Shown: positions 46,060 through 55,687, counted from the first letter of the stretch. The stretch: 57,861 bases of DNA from a virus (IMGVR_UViG_3300020147_000011:1-57861); one strand, 5' to 3'. Made by a program: numbers and translations. Notes: generated by a model not told the origin, from the sequence alone.

Positions 46060-46628
46060 ATGAAGGCCCTTGTCCTGATACTAGCGCTAGCGCTTGCGCC
46101 CGTGGCGACAGCCACCTGCGGAATACCTACCGGCAGACCCTGGCGCACTGGCTGACCAAGGTATCCCCTCCCCCGACCGTTTTTATCCGCGACAGCATCA
46201 CAGCCGGGGGGCAATGGTTCGATGACGTCAGGAATATCAATCTCGCTTCGAATGGTCTCATCACCGAGCAGATCGCGGGGCTTCTAAAACTGGCCCAAGC
46301 CTATCGCCCGAAGCGTATCGTCATCATGGCCGGTACAAACGATGCCACCCGCGGTTTTGATGCCGACAAGCTTCGCGGCCTGTGGGAAACCACATGCAAG
46401 GAACCGACCATCGTCATCACTTTGGCGCCGCCGTCAACGAATGTCGAGACGAACCGACGTATTGACCAGATCAACCGCATCGCTATGGATAGCTGTCCTG
46501 GAAAGCCCGTCATCACTCTGGATATCGGCGACGAACAAGGCCGATTAAAGCCTGAATTTACCGTTGACGGCACCCACCTTGGACCGAAAGCTTATGCGCA
46601 ATGGGTCGCTCGATTAAAGGCGCTCTAA
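46060..46628 (+). pseudogene. SGNH/GDSL hydrolase, apparently frameshifted
   Basis: FIRDSIT (GDS altered), MAGTND, DGTHL; signal peptide MKALVLILALALA from 46060 is out of frame. Confidence 0.7.
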
Positions 46629-46834
46629 TAGATGGACGAAACGCTTTGGCACAAGTGCCGCACACCGTTCTTTCCTCGCCGCACTGTCGACGGCGGTTGG
46701 ACCGACGTTCTCGGTCAAGGCCAATGCTGGCGGCGGCGGGTCAACGGAAAGTGGGAATATCGAGAGGACGAAGAATCCGCGAGCGATTGGCTTAATCGGC
46801 AATGGTGAATTTCAGCACCGAATCGAGGTTGGCG

Positions 46835-47086
46835 ATGTCTCAGGGTACATGCACTATTTGTGGCAAGATGAATTGCGAGTGGGTCGCTGGCCCCTATTGC
46901 GATGGAGCCTCGCCTCCCGCGCCCGATGGATATAGAATCCGGGTAGCCATGCAAAACTTCGGCGGCTTCTTTTTCTATGCTGAGCAGAAGCATCGGAAAT
47001 GGTTTCGCAATCGCTGGGAGCAGATCACCGGAGTGATGGGATCAACCCCGGAAGAGGTGCTGGCGTCACTTCGGAGCAAGATCTAG
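46835..47086 (+). CDS. Small hypothetical protein
   Basis: CTICGKMNC; GAGG upstream. Confidence 0.4.
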   Translation: MSQGTCTICGKMNCEWVAGPYCDGASPPAPDGYRIRVAMQNFGGFFFYAEQKHRKWFRNRWEQITGVMGSTPEEVLASLRSKI

Positions 47087-49771
47087 CTACGGCGGCAAGT
47101 TCTGATTAGTCCGTAGCGTCACCGTCACCTGTGGGCTGTCGCTGGGTGTGTTGGCGGAGAATATTGGCGCTGCATTAAACCCACCAAAGACGGCCCCCGC
47201 TGAGGGAGCCGTGAGCGTGTCACCAACCTGAGTTCCTGTTGCGCCGGATGGCGTCAACGTGCGCGTTCCGCCACCGGCAGACGCTGGAAGCTTCATATTT
47301 ATCATTCCGCCTGAACTCGTTGCCGTGCCGAAATCCACCTGAACGTTGTCCGTGCGCAGCATCTTGATCTGGCCGAACTGGGTGATCGACCAGTTTAAGG
47401 AGCCCGTGTTAGTGTACGGCACGTTGTTGGTGAACGTAAAGGTGTCCAGTTCACCCCACATCGTAGGGACGTTTGTTGAAACCGTCGTGCCTGCTGCGCC
47501 GCCTGTATAGGTAAGGTTTGCACAAGAGAACATCGGCGATTGAGCTGCGCATCCACCGAAAAGGGTAATGCTATTTACGCCTGTTGGGTTCGTTATAGTG
47601 AGTTTTGGCGCTGGATGTGGTGTGACGCCGAGGCCGTTTGTTGTCCATGCTCCCGTTGGAAAGCCGCCCGCCTCGCTGGTTTGAACATAGGTGTTCACCA
47701 AATCTTGCGTCACATCTACGACTTTGAACGAACGTCCCGCTTGGGCAGTCGTGCCGCCGCCTCCGCTACCCGCCCAGAACATATATTTGCCCGGAACGAT
47801 GTACCGGGTCTGCGTCTCGAACGCTCCCACAGCGCCGGTGCTAATGGCATTCGGGATCGTGATGACTCCGCCTGACATGGTCCACAAAGTCGCAGGAGCG
47901 GTATCGCCAGCGCGTGTGACGACGCCCGGCGATGATACGCTGCAATTGGTGCAAATGGTTTCGTCCGAGGCGCCATAGGAATCTGTCCCGATCTTGAATA
48001 TAGCGTCAGTCGAAATACAGCCAGGACACGAAATCGGAGAGTTGGTGAGGGTTAGCTTTTTAGGGCTGCCTTGCCATGACCGAATGCTTGTCCCGCTTAG
48101 ATTGATTTCGTCCATAGACGAGCTTTGGACGTGAACTCGTCCTACCAATCCTCCGGTTATATTCCATTTTCCGACGAGCTTATCTGTCTCGATGGTGCAG
48201 GTAGATGCGTCAACGTTGATCCAGTTGTGCGTTTCGTTCTGCGTCGGGGCGACGCAGTTAACCCCGGCCATCTTTATATTTTCAAAGGTGACACTCCGGC
48301 CGTTAAAATATGTCTGGCCTGGGATGTCCAAGGTGAAGTCTTTGAAGACAGCAGTTTGCTCCCACAGCGGGTCCAGCGCATAGAGCGTAGCAGGCCCGCC
48401 GGGATCGACTTCAAAGAGGTTGCCGGTGTTGTACTGCGGCCAAGCCGCCTTATAGGAGTTTGCCAGTGGTGTATCGAAGCATACCTGATGCGTGCCGGAG
48501 TTTGTGCTGGCGACGGTCTTAAATTCGAACCAATGGTTATTGCTGGGGAAACCATAGGGCCCAGCCCAATAAGCCTGCAACACATAGCCGGTCATCATGA
48601 CCTTAGAGCCGACTGGTGTCAGCGACGTTCGATCGCCGCCGCCAGTGCCGCCGCTGGTATAGGAACCATCGTAGTCGCTCTGGAAGATATCAATCTGCGT
48701 ACCGTTTATAACCTTGATCCAACGCAGGCCGTTTGTCCGCTGAGCGAGCAAGCCGCGCGATGTGATGCCGGTCAAGTAAAGCGTGTCGCCAGATGTCAGG
48801 CCCGCCGTGGAATTAAGCGTGACTCGCGGTTGGCCGTTGCCTTGGAACTGCCTGCTACTGACGGTAGAGAGCGGAGGCACGTCGAGTTGATAGGTCCCAG
48901 TGCCGCCTGCTGAACCGGTCAACTGGGACTGGATCGAGACCGCGTTACCTTGAAGGCCGCCACCATTTGGGTACACCCACATACCGACAGCGAGGGCGCC
49001 ATCCTGAACAGCCGAGACGGTCATGACGCCTGTGGTAGCGACACTGGCGGTAAATGATGCTGGCTTGGTCACGACGGTCTGGGATGAGAATGTGGCGGAG
49101 ACGCTTAACGCATACGTGCCAGTTCCTCCGACACCGGTCGTCCCGGCGGTGCCGTAAGGCTGGATTGTGTTGAACGACCCCGTGCTACTGTCTTGGTTTC
49201 CGATGATAGCGCCGGGGAGGATGGTCCCTGACGCCACCGCCGTCACTGTCATTGTGGTCGTGGATGACGACGCTGTGAATGTTGCACGAGCAGGAAGGTT
49301 GTTGCCAATCGCGGATACGGTGACCGCTGATGCAGTCTTGATGATAACGCAACTATCACCAGCATTCGCGTCGTCGGTGCGGAGGCTGTGCGCGTTGTCT
49401 TGAACCTGCCCACGTCCTCCTATCATGAGGGCTCCAGACGCGCGCTTGATTGAGGTTGTCGCTGCGCCGGTCCCAGCAACGACCAGATCGGCTACACCTC
49501 CAAATATGAGTTGATTGTCCCCCGAACCGGCCGGATTAATCAGACACGTTCCAGCAGGAAGGTTTAACTGGACCGGAGCCGTGCCTTGAAAGGCCGCCTT
49601 GAACGCGAGGAATGCTGCCGTGTCATCGGTCACTCCATCGCAGACTCCACCGTAGGTGGAGAGGCTTACCTGAACGCGATTGTCGGCGCCTAGACCTCCC
49701 AACGTACCCACCGCCGCATAGACACTGCCGTGCAGCAACAGCAGCATAAGAGCAGCGACAACATTTCTCAT
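47087..49771 (-). CDS. Large beta-rich spike/adhesin-like protein with Sec signal peptide
   Basis: MRNVVAALMLLLLHGSVYA; YGGVCDGVTDDTAAF...LPAGT (pectate_lyase_3-like start); two FTAS...GGTGTY repeats. Confidence 0.75.
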   Translation of the reverse strand: MRNVVAALMLLLLHGSVYAAVGTLGGLGADNRVQVSLSTYGGVCDGVTDDTAAFLAFKAAFQGTAPVQLNLPAGTCLINPAGSGDNQLIFGGVADLVVAGTGAATTSIKRASGALMIGGRGQVQDNAHSLRTDDANAGDSCVIIKTASAVTVSAIGNNLPARATFTASSSTTTMTVTAVASGTILPGAIIGNQDSSTGSFNTIQPYGTAGTTGVGGTGTYALSVSATFSSQTVVTKPASFTASVATTGVMTVSAVQDGALAVGMWVYPNGGGLQGNAVSIQSQLTGSAGGTGTYQLDVPPLSTVSSRQFQGNGQPRVTLNSTAGLTSGDTLYLTGITSRGLLAQRTNGLRWIKVINGTQIDIFQSDYDGSYTSGGTGGGDRTSLTPVGSKVMMTGYVLQAYWAGPYGFPSNNHWFEFKTVASTNSGTHQVCFDTPLANSYKAAWPQYNTGNLFEVDPGGPATLYALDPLWEQTAVFKDFTLDIPGQTYFNGRSVTFENIKMAGVNCVAPTQNETHNWINVDASTCTIETDKLVGKWNITGGLVGRVHVQSSSMDEINLSGTSIRSWQGSPKKLTLTNSPISCPGCISTDAIFKIGTDSYGASDETICTNCSVSSPGVVTRAGDTAPATLWTMSGGVITIPNAISTGAVGAFETQTRYIVPGKYMFWAGSGGGGTTAQAGRSFKVVDVTQDLVNTYVQTSEAGGFPTGAWTTNGLGVTPHPAPKLTITNPTGVNSITLFGGCAAQSPMFSCANLTYTGGAAGTTVSTNVPTMWGELDTFTFTNNVPYTNTGSLNWSITQFGQIKMLRTDNVQVDFGTATSSGGMINMKLPASAGGGTRTLTPSGATGTQVGDTLTAPSAGAVFGGFNAAPIFSANTPSDSPQVTVTLRTNQNLPP

Positions 49772-50592
49772 TACAGCATTCCCGCCCAGCTAAGACCCGC
49801 GCCACTGTTGTAAAGAGAAGTTACATCGCCGGCAGAAAGAATACGCCCTTTCCAAAATCCGCACTGGTCAAAGCGATAACCCGTCGCAACACCGGCGCCG
49901 CCGAAAGCGCCTCTACCAATAGATATTTCATTTGTCGTGGACTGAACAGCGTTTGTAGCAGTGGCCGTTCCTACTGATGCCCCATTCTTATAGAGGGTCA
50001 GACCCTTTGTGGCGCTGTCGTATGTAGCAACTAGATGCACCCATACATTGTTTGTAATAGACGCGGAGTCATCTGCGTTGGTAACGTTTGATGAACTGTC
50101 GTAGTGGAAGAACGACCATTTATTAGACCCAGAAAAACGTGATCCTAGAGACCATTCTGCATTTCCAAATCCTGAAGTACCCTTGCCAAACGCCACCGAT
50201 CCAGGACTTCCGGGACTGTAAATCCACATCTGCACGGAGAATGAGCCGCCAGCCGTGACAATGTTAGAGTTGCTTGCGGCAGTGAGATAAGCGCTACCGG
50301 GAAGAGCGAGGTAGTTGCCAACCAAAGCAGGCGCGGTATTTGTCGACGTTGGACTGCCAGTCGCTGTGAGCGTGGTAGCGCTGGCAGTGTCGTCTGTCCA
50401 CGAGCCTGTTTCGAACGACCAGAAGCCAGTGCAGCTGGTTTGCAGGCCGAGCCCACCACCACCAGTCGAGTGGACGGTCCCTGGCCCCGGTCCCATACCA
50501 CCCTGGGCCCTCGCCTTATCAGGCCGGATGATGGCCGGGATTGCCGGGACGAAAAGCCCGGCGGCTGTTTTCAAAAACCGGCGGCGGTCCAT
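49771..50592 (-). CDS. LamG/ConA-like lectin domain protein with Tat signal
   Basis: MDRRRFLKTAAG...ARA; FSVQMWI, WVHLVATYD, LYKNG, LYNSG. Confidence 0.85.
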   Translation of the reverse strand: MDRRRFLKTAAGLFVPAIPAIIRPDKARAQGGMGPGPGTVHSTGGGGLGLQTSCTGFWSFETGSWTDDTASATTLTATGSPTSTNTAPALVGNYLALPGSAYLTAASNSNIVTAGGSFSVQMWIYSPGSPGSVAFGKGTSGFGNAEWSLGSRFSGSNKWSFFHYDSSSNVTNADDSASITNNVWVHLVATYDSATKGLTLYKNGASVGTATATNAVQSTTNEISIGRGAFGGAGVATGYRFDQCGFWKGRILSAGDVTSLYNSGAGLSWAGML

Positions 50593-51953
50593 CAGCGTGC
50601 CACCCGCCAGTTGAGCGTGATGGCGCCGGGCGTGATCGAGCCCGACGTATTATTGCATACCTTGAAATTCACGTTGTTCGCTGACGGATAGGCGATGATC
50701 GTCAGCATGCCGGCGACCAACGGAACATAGCCGGTGACTGCTGTCGGATCGCCATTGAAGCCCCACCAGATGACGTCCGTCGTGGCCGTGTTGGTCGCGG
50801 TAGTCGTGACCACCGTTGCGCAGGTGGCCGAGGATATCGCGCTCGTGCCGAGGGCTGAGGTCCCGCTGGCCACCGTCGTGCTCAAGCCGCCGGCTGCCGA
50901 CAGGTTGGCTGCGGCAGCCGTCGCGACGCCAGTACCCGGCGTGGTCGAGCAGAGCGCCGTGCCGTTGCTGAGATCGGCGCAGGCAGCCTGAGATACGACG
51001 CCGGAGCCGTTGCCCTTCAGTGCTCCGCTAATCGTGCCTGCGCCGCCCCTGGCCGCAGCAAGCGTGCCCGCAGAGAAGGTCGAGGCGTCCATGCCGAAAT
51101 CGGGGACGACGACATAGTTCGTGCCGTCTGAAACGATCCCGGCGCAATTCGGCCGCGCCGCGCTGCCGGCGGGGAGGACGAACGTGGAGGCGCCGCCGAT
51201 CGTCGAGGTCGTCGGCGTGATGGTCTGTGCGCCAGCCCCGATGTTGCAGGCGGTCGCGTACCACCCGCTCGTGAAGCTTCCGGTACCCGCCTGGGCAATC
51301 GTCGGCGCCTGTGGCGCGGCATTGCTGAGGTAGATGATCTTGGTGAGGTCAGTGCCCTGGAAGGCGTAGTTCGTGCCGGTCTGCACGCTGGGCACAGCGG
51401 AGGCCGCCCCACCGCCCGTCAGCGTGGCGCACGCCAGCCCGGAGCCGTTGACATAGACGAGCGCATGCGTCCCGTCATTGGCGCATGCAGGAACGGCTAC
51501 GTTCTGCATATCCGCCGTCGATCCGGTCGGATTGATCCAGATCGAGTTGGCGATACCCTGCGGCAGCTGCGCAAGCGTCGCGCGGCCCGTCACGCTGGAC
51601 ATTGCCGGCGTACAAGCAGCTTGGGACGCGGCAGTGATCAAGCCCTTGGCGTTGACGGTGATGCTGGTGCACTGCGTCGCGCTGCCGAACGATCCGACGT
51701 TGCTGTTGACCGTCGCAAGGGTGTGGGTACCCGTGCCGTTGGCCGTGAGATCGCCTGAAGCGAGGCTGTAAACATATGCCGCTATCTGAGCCGCCGAAGG
51801 CCGCACGGCAGGATTGGCGCCTTGATAGGACGGAAACAAGTCGGCACCGATAACGGAACCACGGCCGGCACCAAGATTATTGATGGTCTGCGCGACCGCG
51901 GCCGACGCAAACAGTGTCAGCGCAATCAATACCCCTGCGAAATGCTTCTTCAT
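50592..51953 (-). CDS. Fibre-like G/A/T/S-rich protein with Sec signal peptide
   Basis: MKKHFAGVLIALTLFASAAVAQ; ITVNAKGLITAAS and LAAARGG fibre-type motifs; many Cys. Confidence 0.75.
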   Translation of the reverse strand: MKKHFAGVLIALTLFASAAVAQTINNLGAGRGSVIGADLFPSYQGANPAVRPSAAQIAAYVYSLASGDLTANGTGTHTLATVNSNVGSFGSATQCTSITVNAKGLITAASQAACTPAMSSVTGRATLAQLPQGIANSIWINPTGSTADMQNVAVPACANDGTHALVYVNGSGLACATLTGGGAASAVPSVQTGTNYAFQGTDLTKIIYLSNAAPQAPTIAQAGTGSFTSGWYATACNIGAGAQTITPTTSTIGGASTFVLPAGSAARPNCAGIVSDGTNYVVVPDFGMDASTFSAGTLAAARGGAGTISGALKGNGSGVVSQAACADLSNGTALCSTTPGTGVATAAAANLSAAGGLSTTVASGTSALGTSAISSATCATVVTTTATNTATTDVIWWGFNGDPTAVTGYVPLVAGMLTIIAYPSANNVNFKVCNNTSGSITPGAITLNWRVAR

Positions 51954-51954
51954 G

Positions 51955-52140
51955 TCATTGCACCAAAATAGGTTGACCGGTGTCCGCCAGGATCGGCTGC
52001 CCGGTGTCAGCCAGGAGTTCATCGCTGCCACCCCCTCCCCCGCTCGCCGCCTCGACATCGGCCTGGGTGAGTTCGTCGGTCAGCTGGCGGACCAGGCGCG
52101 TGGTGATCGGCTGCATGAGCGGCCGGAAAAGATTAACCAC
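51955..52140 (-). CDS. 61-aa protein with Gly linker and tandem LADTGQPI repeat
   Basis: SGGGGGSDELLADTGQPILADTGQPILVQ*. Confidence 0.7.
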   Translation of the reverse strand: MVNLFRPLMQPITTRLVRQLTDELTQADVEAASGGGGGSDELLADTGQPILADTGQPILVQ

Positions 52141-52408
52141 TGAACACCCCGCATGCCGCCGCTCCGGCGGAACGGCTGAAGCGATACGTGCCGGCGCCGA
52201 CGATGACGAGGCTCGATCTGCTGCCGGTCAGGGTCGCGACCGTAAAATATTCGCCGGCGTCATCCTTGAGCTGGATCTCGACCCTGGCGTTGCCGACGCC
52301 CGGTCCCGCCGCATCCTTCAGGCAGACGGTGAGTGTCGATCCATCAGCGACCGTCACGTCGCTCGAACTTGCAGCCGTGGTACCGACCGCTAGGATTTCC
52401 GTGGCCAT
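52133..52408 (-). CDS. Small beta-rich structural-type protein
   Basis: Coupled ORF in the head operon. Confidence 0.65.
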   Translation of the reverse strand: MATEILAVGTTAASSSDVTVADGSTLTVCLKDAAGPGVGNARVEIQLKDDAGEYFTVATLTGSRSSLVIVGAGTYRFSRSAGAAACGVFSG

Positions 52409-52498
52409 CGATCAGGTCCCGCTTCTAGATGAAGAACTGAAGGCGCTTGAAGCGCGCAGCCCGCGCCAGGTCGGCGCAGGCTGGCGTTGTCCGTCGAC

Positions 52499-52876
52499 CT
52501 ACCTGGCGTCGTCGACCACGATATGGAACGCGCCGCTCTTGGCGTTGCCGCCTTGCGCGATCACGATCTTCACGCGGTCGCGGCCGAGCGCGATGCGGTC
52601 GTTGACGGCGACGCCGCCGGCCGCATACAGCGCCGCGACACCGACGGTCGAATGCGTCGCCTGGCGCGGGGCCTTCACAGCGGCCGCGTTGACGTCGCTC
52701 TGGGTCCAGATGTTCTCGCCGGTCGCTTCCGCCGTGATCGCGAAATCGACGCCGTCGGCAAAGTCGGTCTTGATGTAATGGATCTCGTGGATATAGCCCG
52801 AGATGTAGGGCGAATAGGCGGTCGCGCTGCCGTCAGCAGCGGTGGTGACCGAAACCGGGAACCTGCGCAGAGCCAT
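52499..52876 (-). CDS. Beta-rich structural-type protein
   Basis: AAAGG upstream; TTAADGSAT...IAQGGNAKSG. Confidence 0.65.
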   Translation of the reverse strand: MALRRFPVSVTTAADGSATAYSPYISGYIHEIHYIKTDFADGVDFAITAEATGENIWTQSDVNAAAVKAPRQATHSTVGVAALYAAGGVAVNDRIALGRDRVKIVIAQGGNAKSGAFHIVVDDAR

Positions 52877-52981
52877 GGGTTTACCTTTCGTTATGGAGGA
52901 ATAGCCCTCTACCCCTGTTGACGAAAAAGCCCGGCGCATCGCTGCACCGGGCCACGCGGCCTCACGCGAAGTGGAAGACGA

Positions 52982-53311
52982 TTATTCCTTTGGCGGCTCG
53001 GAGCCTTCGGATTCCGGCAAAGGGATGTTCGAGATCTGGCTCAGATTGTCGCGCGCCTCCTTGGCGGCGGCGGCGACATCCTTGGCGAAGGCGGAGTATT
53101 TCCTCGCCACATCCGCCTGCTCGGCGTAGGCCGCCTCGAGTTCGGCCGCCGCCGCATCGGCTTCGGCGTCGGCCTGCTTCATCAGATTGCCGGCCGCGTT
53201 CGCCAGCCGCTGAATTCCGCGCATCCTGTCATCCTTTTCGTTTTCGCGGCCGGACAGCTCGGCGATGGCTTGACCGAGATGGCGGTCAAGCCGCTCGCCG
53301 GCCGGCGTCAC
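52982..53311 (-). CDS. Hypothetical coiled-coil protein
   Basis: Coupled ORF. Confidence 0.55.
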   Translation of the reverse strand: MTPAGERLDRHLGQAIAELSGRENEKDDRMRGIQRLANAAGNLMKQADAEADAAAAELEAAYAEQADVARKYSAFAKDVAAAAKEARDNLSQISNIPLPESEGSEPPKE

Positions 53312-53709
53312 GTAGGGGCGGCGGGTGTCTTGTCACCCTCGAGTGCCGGCTTCTGCTCGCCATCACCGGCCTTGTTGGCGTCTGCTTCCGGCTGCAACGC
53401 GGCGTCGTTCGTCTTCTGCTGATCGCCGAGCCCGAGCACGTCGGTCTGCAGCAGCAAGGGATCGCGATCGACATTGCCTTCGTCGGACGACCGCGCGGGC
53501 TTCTGTTCGCCATCCGGCTTGCCGGCGTGCGCGGCCATCTCATTGGTGGCGGCGCCGCCGGCGATGGTCTCCGGCTTTCCCTCGCCGTCGATCGCGACCT
53601 TGACGCCGCTCCTGTGGCGCAGGATACCATCCTCGCCCTTGGCACAATCGTCCGGATCCGCCTGGGTACCGTCCATCAGACGATACATGTTTCCGATCTT
53701 CATGATCAC
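53308..53709 (-). CDS. Hypothetical protein, paralogue of 44606-44920
   Basis: YRLMDGTQADPDDCAKGEDGILRHRSGVKVA aligns with YVLEDGRTVDPSEVALDEGGALVHASGVPVA; AAGGAGG SD. Confidence 0.75.
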   Translation of the reverse strand: MIMKIGNMYRLMDGTQADPDDCAKGEDGILRHRSGVKVAIDGEGKPETIAGGAATNEMAAHAGKPDGEQKPARSSDEGNVDRDPLLLQTDVLGLGDQQKTNDAALQPEADANKAGDGEQKPALEGDKTPAAPT

Positions 53710-53749
53710 TAGCCTCCTTCGAATGACCCACCCCTTACCCTTGGAAACG

Positions 53750-53780
53750 AAAAAGCCCCCGACCGAAGCCGGGGGCTTTC
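53750..53780 (-). terminator. Intrinsic terminator after the capsid gene
   Basis: AAAGCCCCCGGC-TTCG-GTCGGGGGCTTTTT. Confidence 0.85.
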
Positions 53781-53802
53781 CAGTCTTGTGCGTCTCGCCG
53801 AA

Positions 53803-55674
53803 TTACCAGCTGGTGCCGTTCACCCAGGAAACCATACCGTCGCGTCGCATGGTCCAGCTGACGTCCATCAGCATGCGGACGCCGACGCTGGCGGTCTGCC
53901 ACAGCGAGCGGACCGGATCGGCTGTGGTGGGGCCGGTGCCGCTGACAATTTCGAGAGGAGTGGTATCCTCCATGTGAATAGTCGCCTGCTCCGACACATC
54001 GAAGTCCGGATCGCCGCCGGCGCCCGCGAAGTCCGAGGCGCGGATCGCGATCAGGCGACCGGCCGGCACGTTGGTCGACTCGATGAAGCTGACGCGATCC
54101 TTGATGCGCTGCATCCAGTTCGGGTCGCCCACCGGGCCGTCCATCAGCGACATGTTGAGGCCCTGCGTCGGGTTCATCAGCACCACGATGCCGTCCGCGG
54201 CGTTGGCGGTGTGGAACGGCGCCACCAGCGCCTTGATATCCTCCTTCACCGCCTGGTAGTCGCCGCCGGCAAATCCGACGCCGACCGCCGCCACGCCATT
54301 GAGGAGGCCCGCCGGCCGCGCGGTCGAGGCCGCGGTCGCGTCCAGCAGGATCGGATCGAGGATGGCCGCGGTGTCCTCGAGGATCGCCTGGCGAACGATG
54401 CCCTCGATCGCGGGCGTCGAGCGCTTGGCGAGCTCCTTGGAGAACGCGACGATCACGCCCATCTTCTTCGGGGTCAGGCTTGCGGAGGCGGTGGTGATCT
54501 TGCCGACGCGGATCGGCGCACCTTCGGCGACGAATCCGCCACCGGCTCCGCCGGCCGTGCGGCGCGGCATCGTCAGCGTGCCCCAGCGATCGAACGTCAG
54601 CGACAAACCACGGCCGAGCAGATCCGGGAAAATCGAATGCCCGGCCAGCGCCTCGATGAAGCCCAGATACGCAGTCTGCACCAGGTCGTCCGCCCAATGC
54701 GAGCCCGTGGTGGTGCCGATCGTCTGATCGGCCTTGGCGATGATGCCGACCGCCTCATGGCCTGGGTAGCGCGCTTCGAGCGCTTTCTCGATCGACATGC
54801 CACCGAAGTGCGCCGTGCCGCGAACGACCAGCGCCTTGACCAGCAGGTCCATGCCGTTCTTTTCCTGGTGACCCAGCGGCTTGCGCGCCTGGGCCGGAAC
54901 GGTCGGCGTATCGCGGACGGCGCCGGCGCCGATCTTCGCTTCCGCCGCCTTGAGCGTGGCAACCGTCTTCTCTTCGGCGTCGATTTGGCTGGTCAGTTCA
55001 CCGATCGCGGTTTCGTCCAGCGTGTCCGCGCCGGTCAGTTCGGACAGCTTGTCCTTCTTGGCAACGAGGGCCGTCTGCGCATCCTCGATGCGCTGGGAAA
55101 GGGTCTTCATGGTGATGGGTGCCTTTGTGGCAGGAGGTGATGCGGCATGCTCGCCGGTGTTGGACACGTCCTTTCGCCTCACTTCGGCATGCTCGCCAAA
55201 GGCCAGGGACATGGTTTCGGAAGAGATGTTGAGCTGCTTCGCCAGGGTCAGCGCCGACGGATTTGCCGGCACGGACACCAGCGATGTCTCCAGCAGCTCC
55301 TGCTTGGTGTAGCGCTGTGGTCCGTAGGGCCGATCCGGATTGATCGGCTCGGACTTGATCGGAATGAAGCCGACCGATACCGCGCGCAGCACGCCCTGCT
55401 CGACCAGGCTGATCAGCTCGTCGATGCGAGCGCTGGTGCCGCGGGCGGCAAGCTTCAGCTTCGCAACCAGCTTGTTGCCCTCGACGCGGACATCGGTCCA
55501 GGTGCCGATCGGAAAGCCGTTCGAATGACCGAACAGCGCGATGGGGTTCTTCTTGAAATTCGTCAGCACCCAGCCGGCGGCCATGATGATATCGCCGTAG
55601 CGGTCGACCGTCTCGTCGGACAGAACGAACTCGAGGCCGCCGTCGCTCGCGACGGTCTTGAAGATCATGTTCAT
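53803..55674 (-). CDS. Prohead protease - HK97 major capsid protein fusion
   Basis: VDRYGDII...NPIALFGH...SVGF...LLETSLVSVPANP protease domain, then FVAEGAPI...LTPKK...RSLWQ capsid domain. Confidence 0.93.
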   Translation of the reverse strand: MNMIFKTVASDGGLEFVLSDETVDRYGDIIMAAGWVLTNFKKNPIALFGHSNGFPIGTWTDVRVEGNKLVAKLKLAARGTSARIDELISLVEQGVLRAVSVGFIPIKSEPINPDRPYGPQRYTKQELLETSLVSVPANPSALTLAKQLNISSETMSLAFGEHAEVRRKDVSNTGEHAASPPATKAPITMKTLSQRIEDAQTALVAKKDKLSELTGADTLDETAIGELTSQIDAEEKTVATLKAAEAKIGAGAVRDTPTVPAQARKPLGHQEKNGMDLLVKALVVRGTAHFGGMSIEKALEARYPGHEAVGIIAKADQTIGTTTGSHWADDLVQTAYLGFIEALAGHSIFPDLLGRGLSLTFDRWGTLTMPRRTAGGAGGGFVAEGAPIRVGKITTASASLTPKKMGVIVAFSKELAKRSTPAIEGIVRQAILEDTAAILDPILLDATAASTARPAGLLNGVAAVGVGFAGGDYQAVKEDIKALVAPFHTANAADGIVVLMNPTQGLNMSLMDGPVGDPNWMQRIKDRVSFIESTNVPAGRLIAIRASDFAGAGGDPDFDVSEQATIHMEDTTPLEIVSGTGPTTADPVRSLWQTASVGVRMLMDVSWTMRRDGMVSWVNGTSW

Positions 55675-55687
55675 CGTCGTCTCTCCG

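Noticed and set aside
52440-52495. Intergenic hairpin GCAGCCCGCGCC...GGCGCAGGCTG
   Set aside because: Single GC-rich hairpin without a U tract or further support
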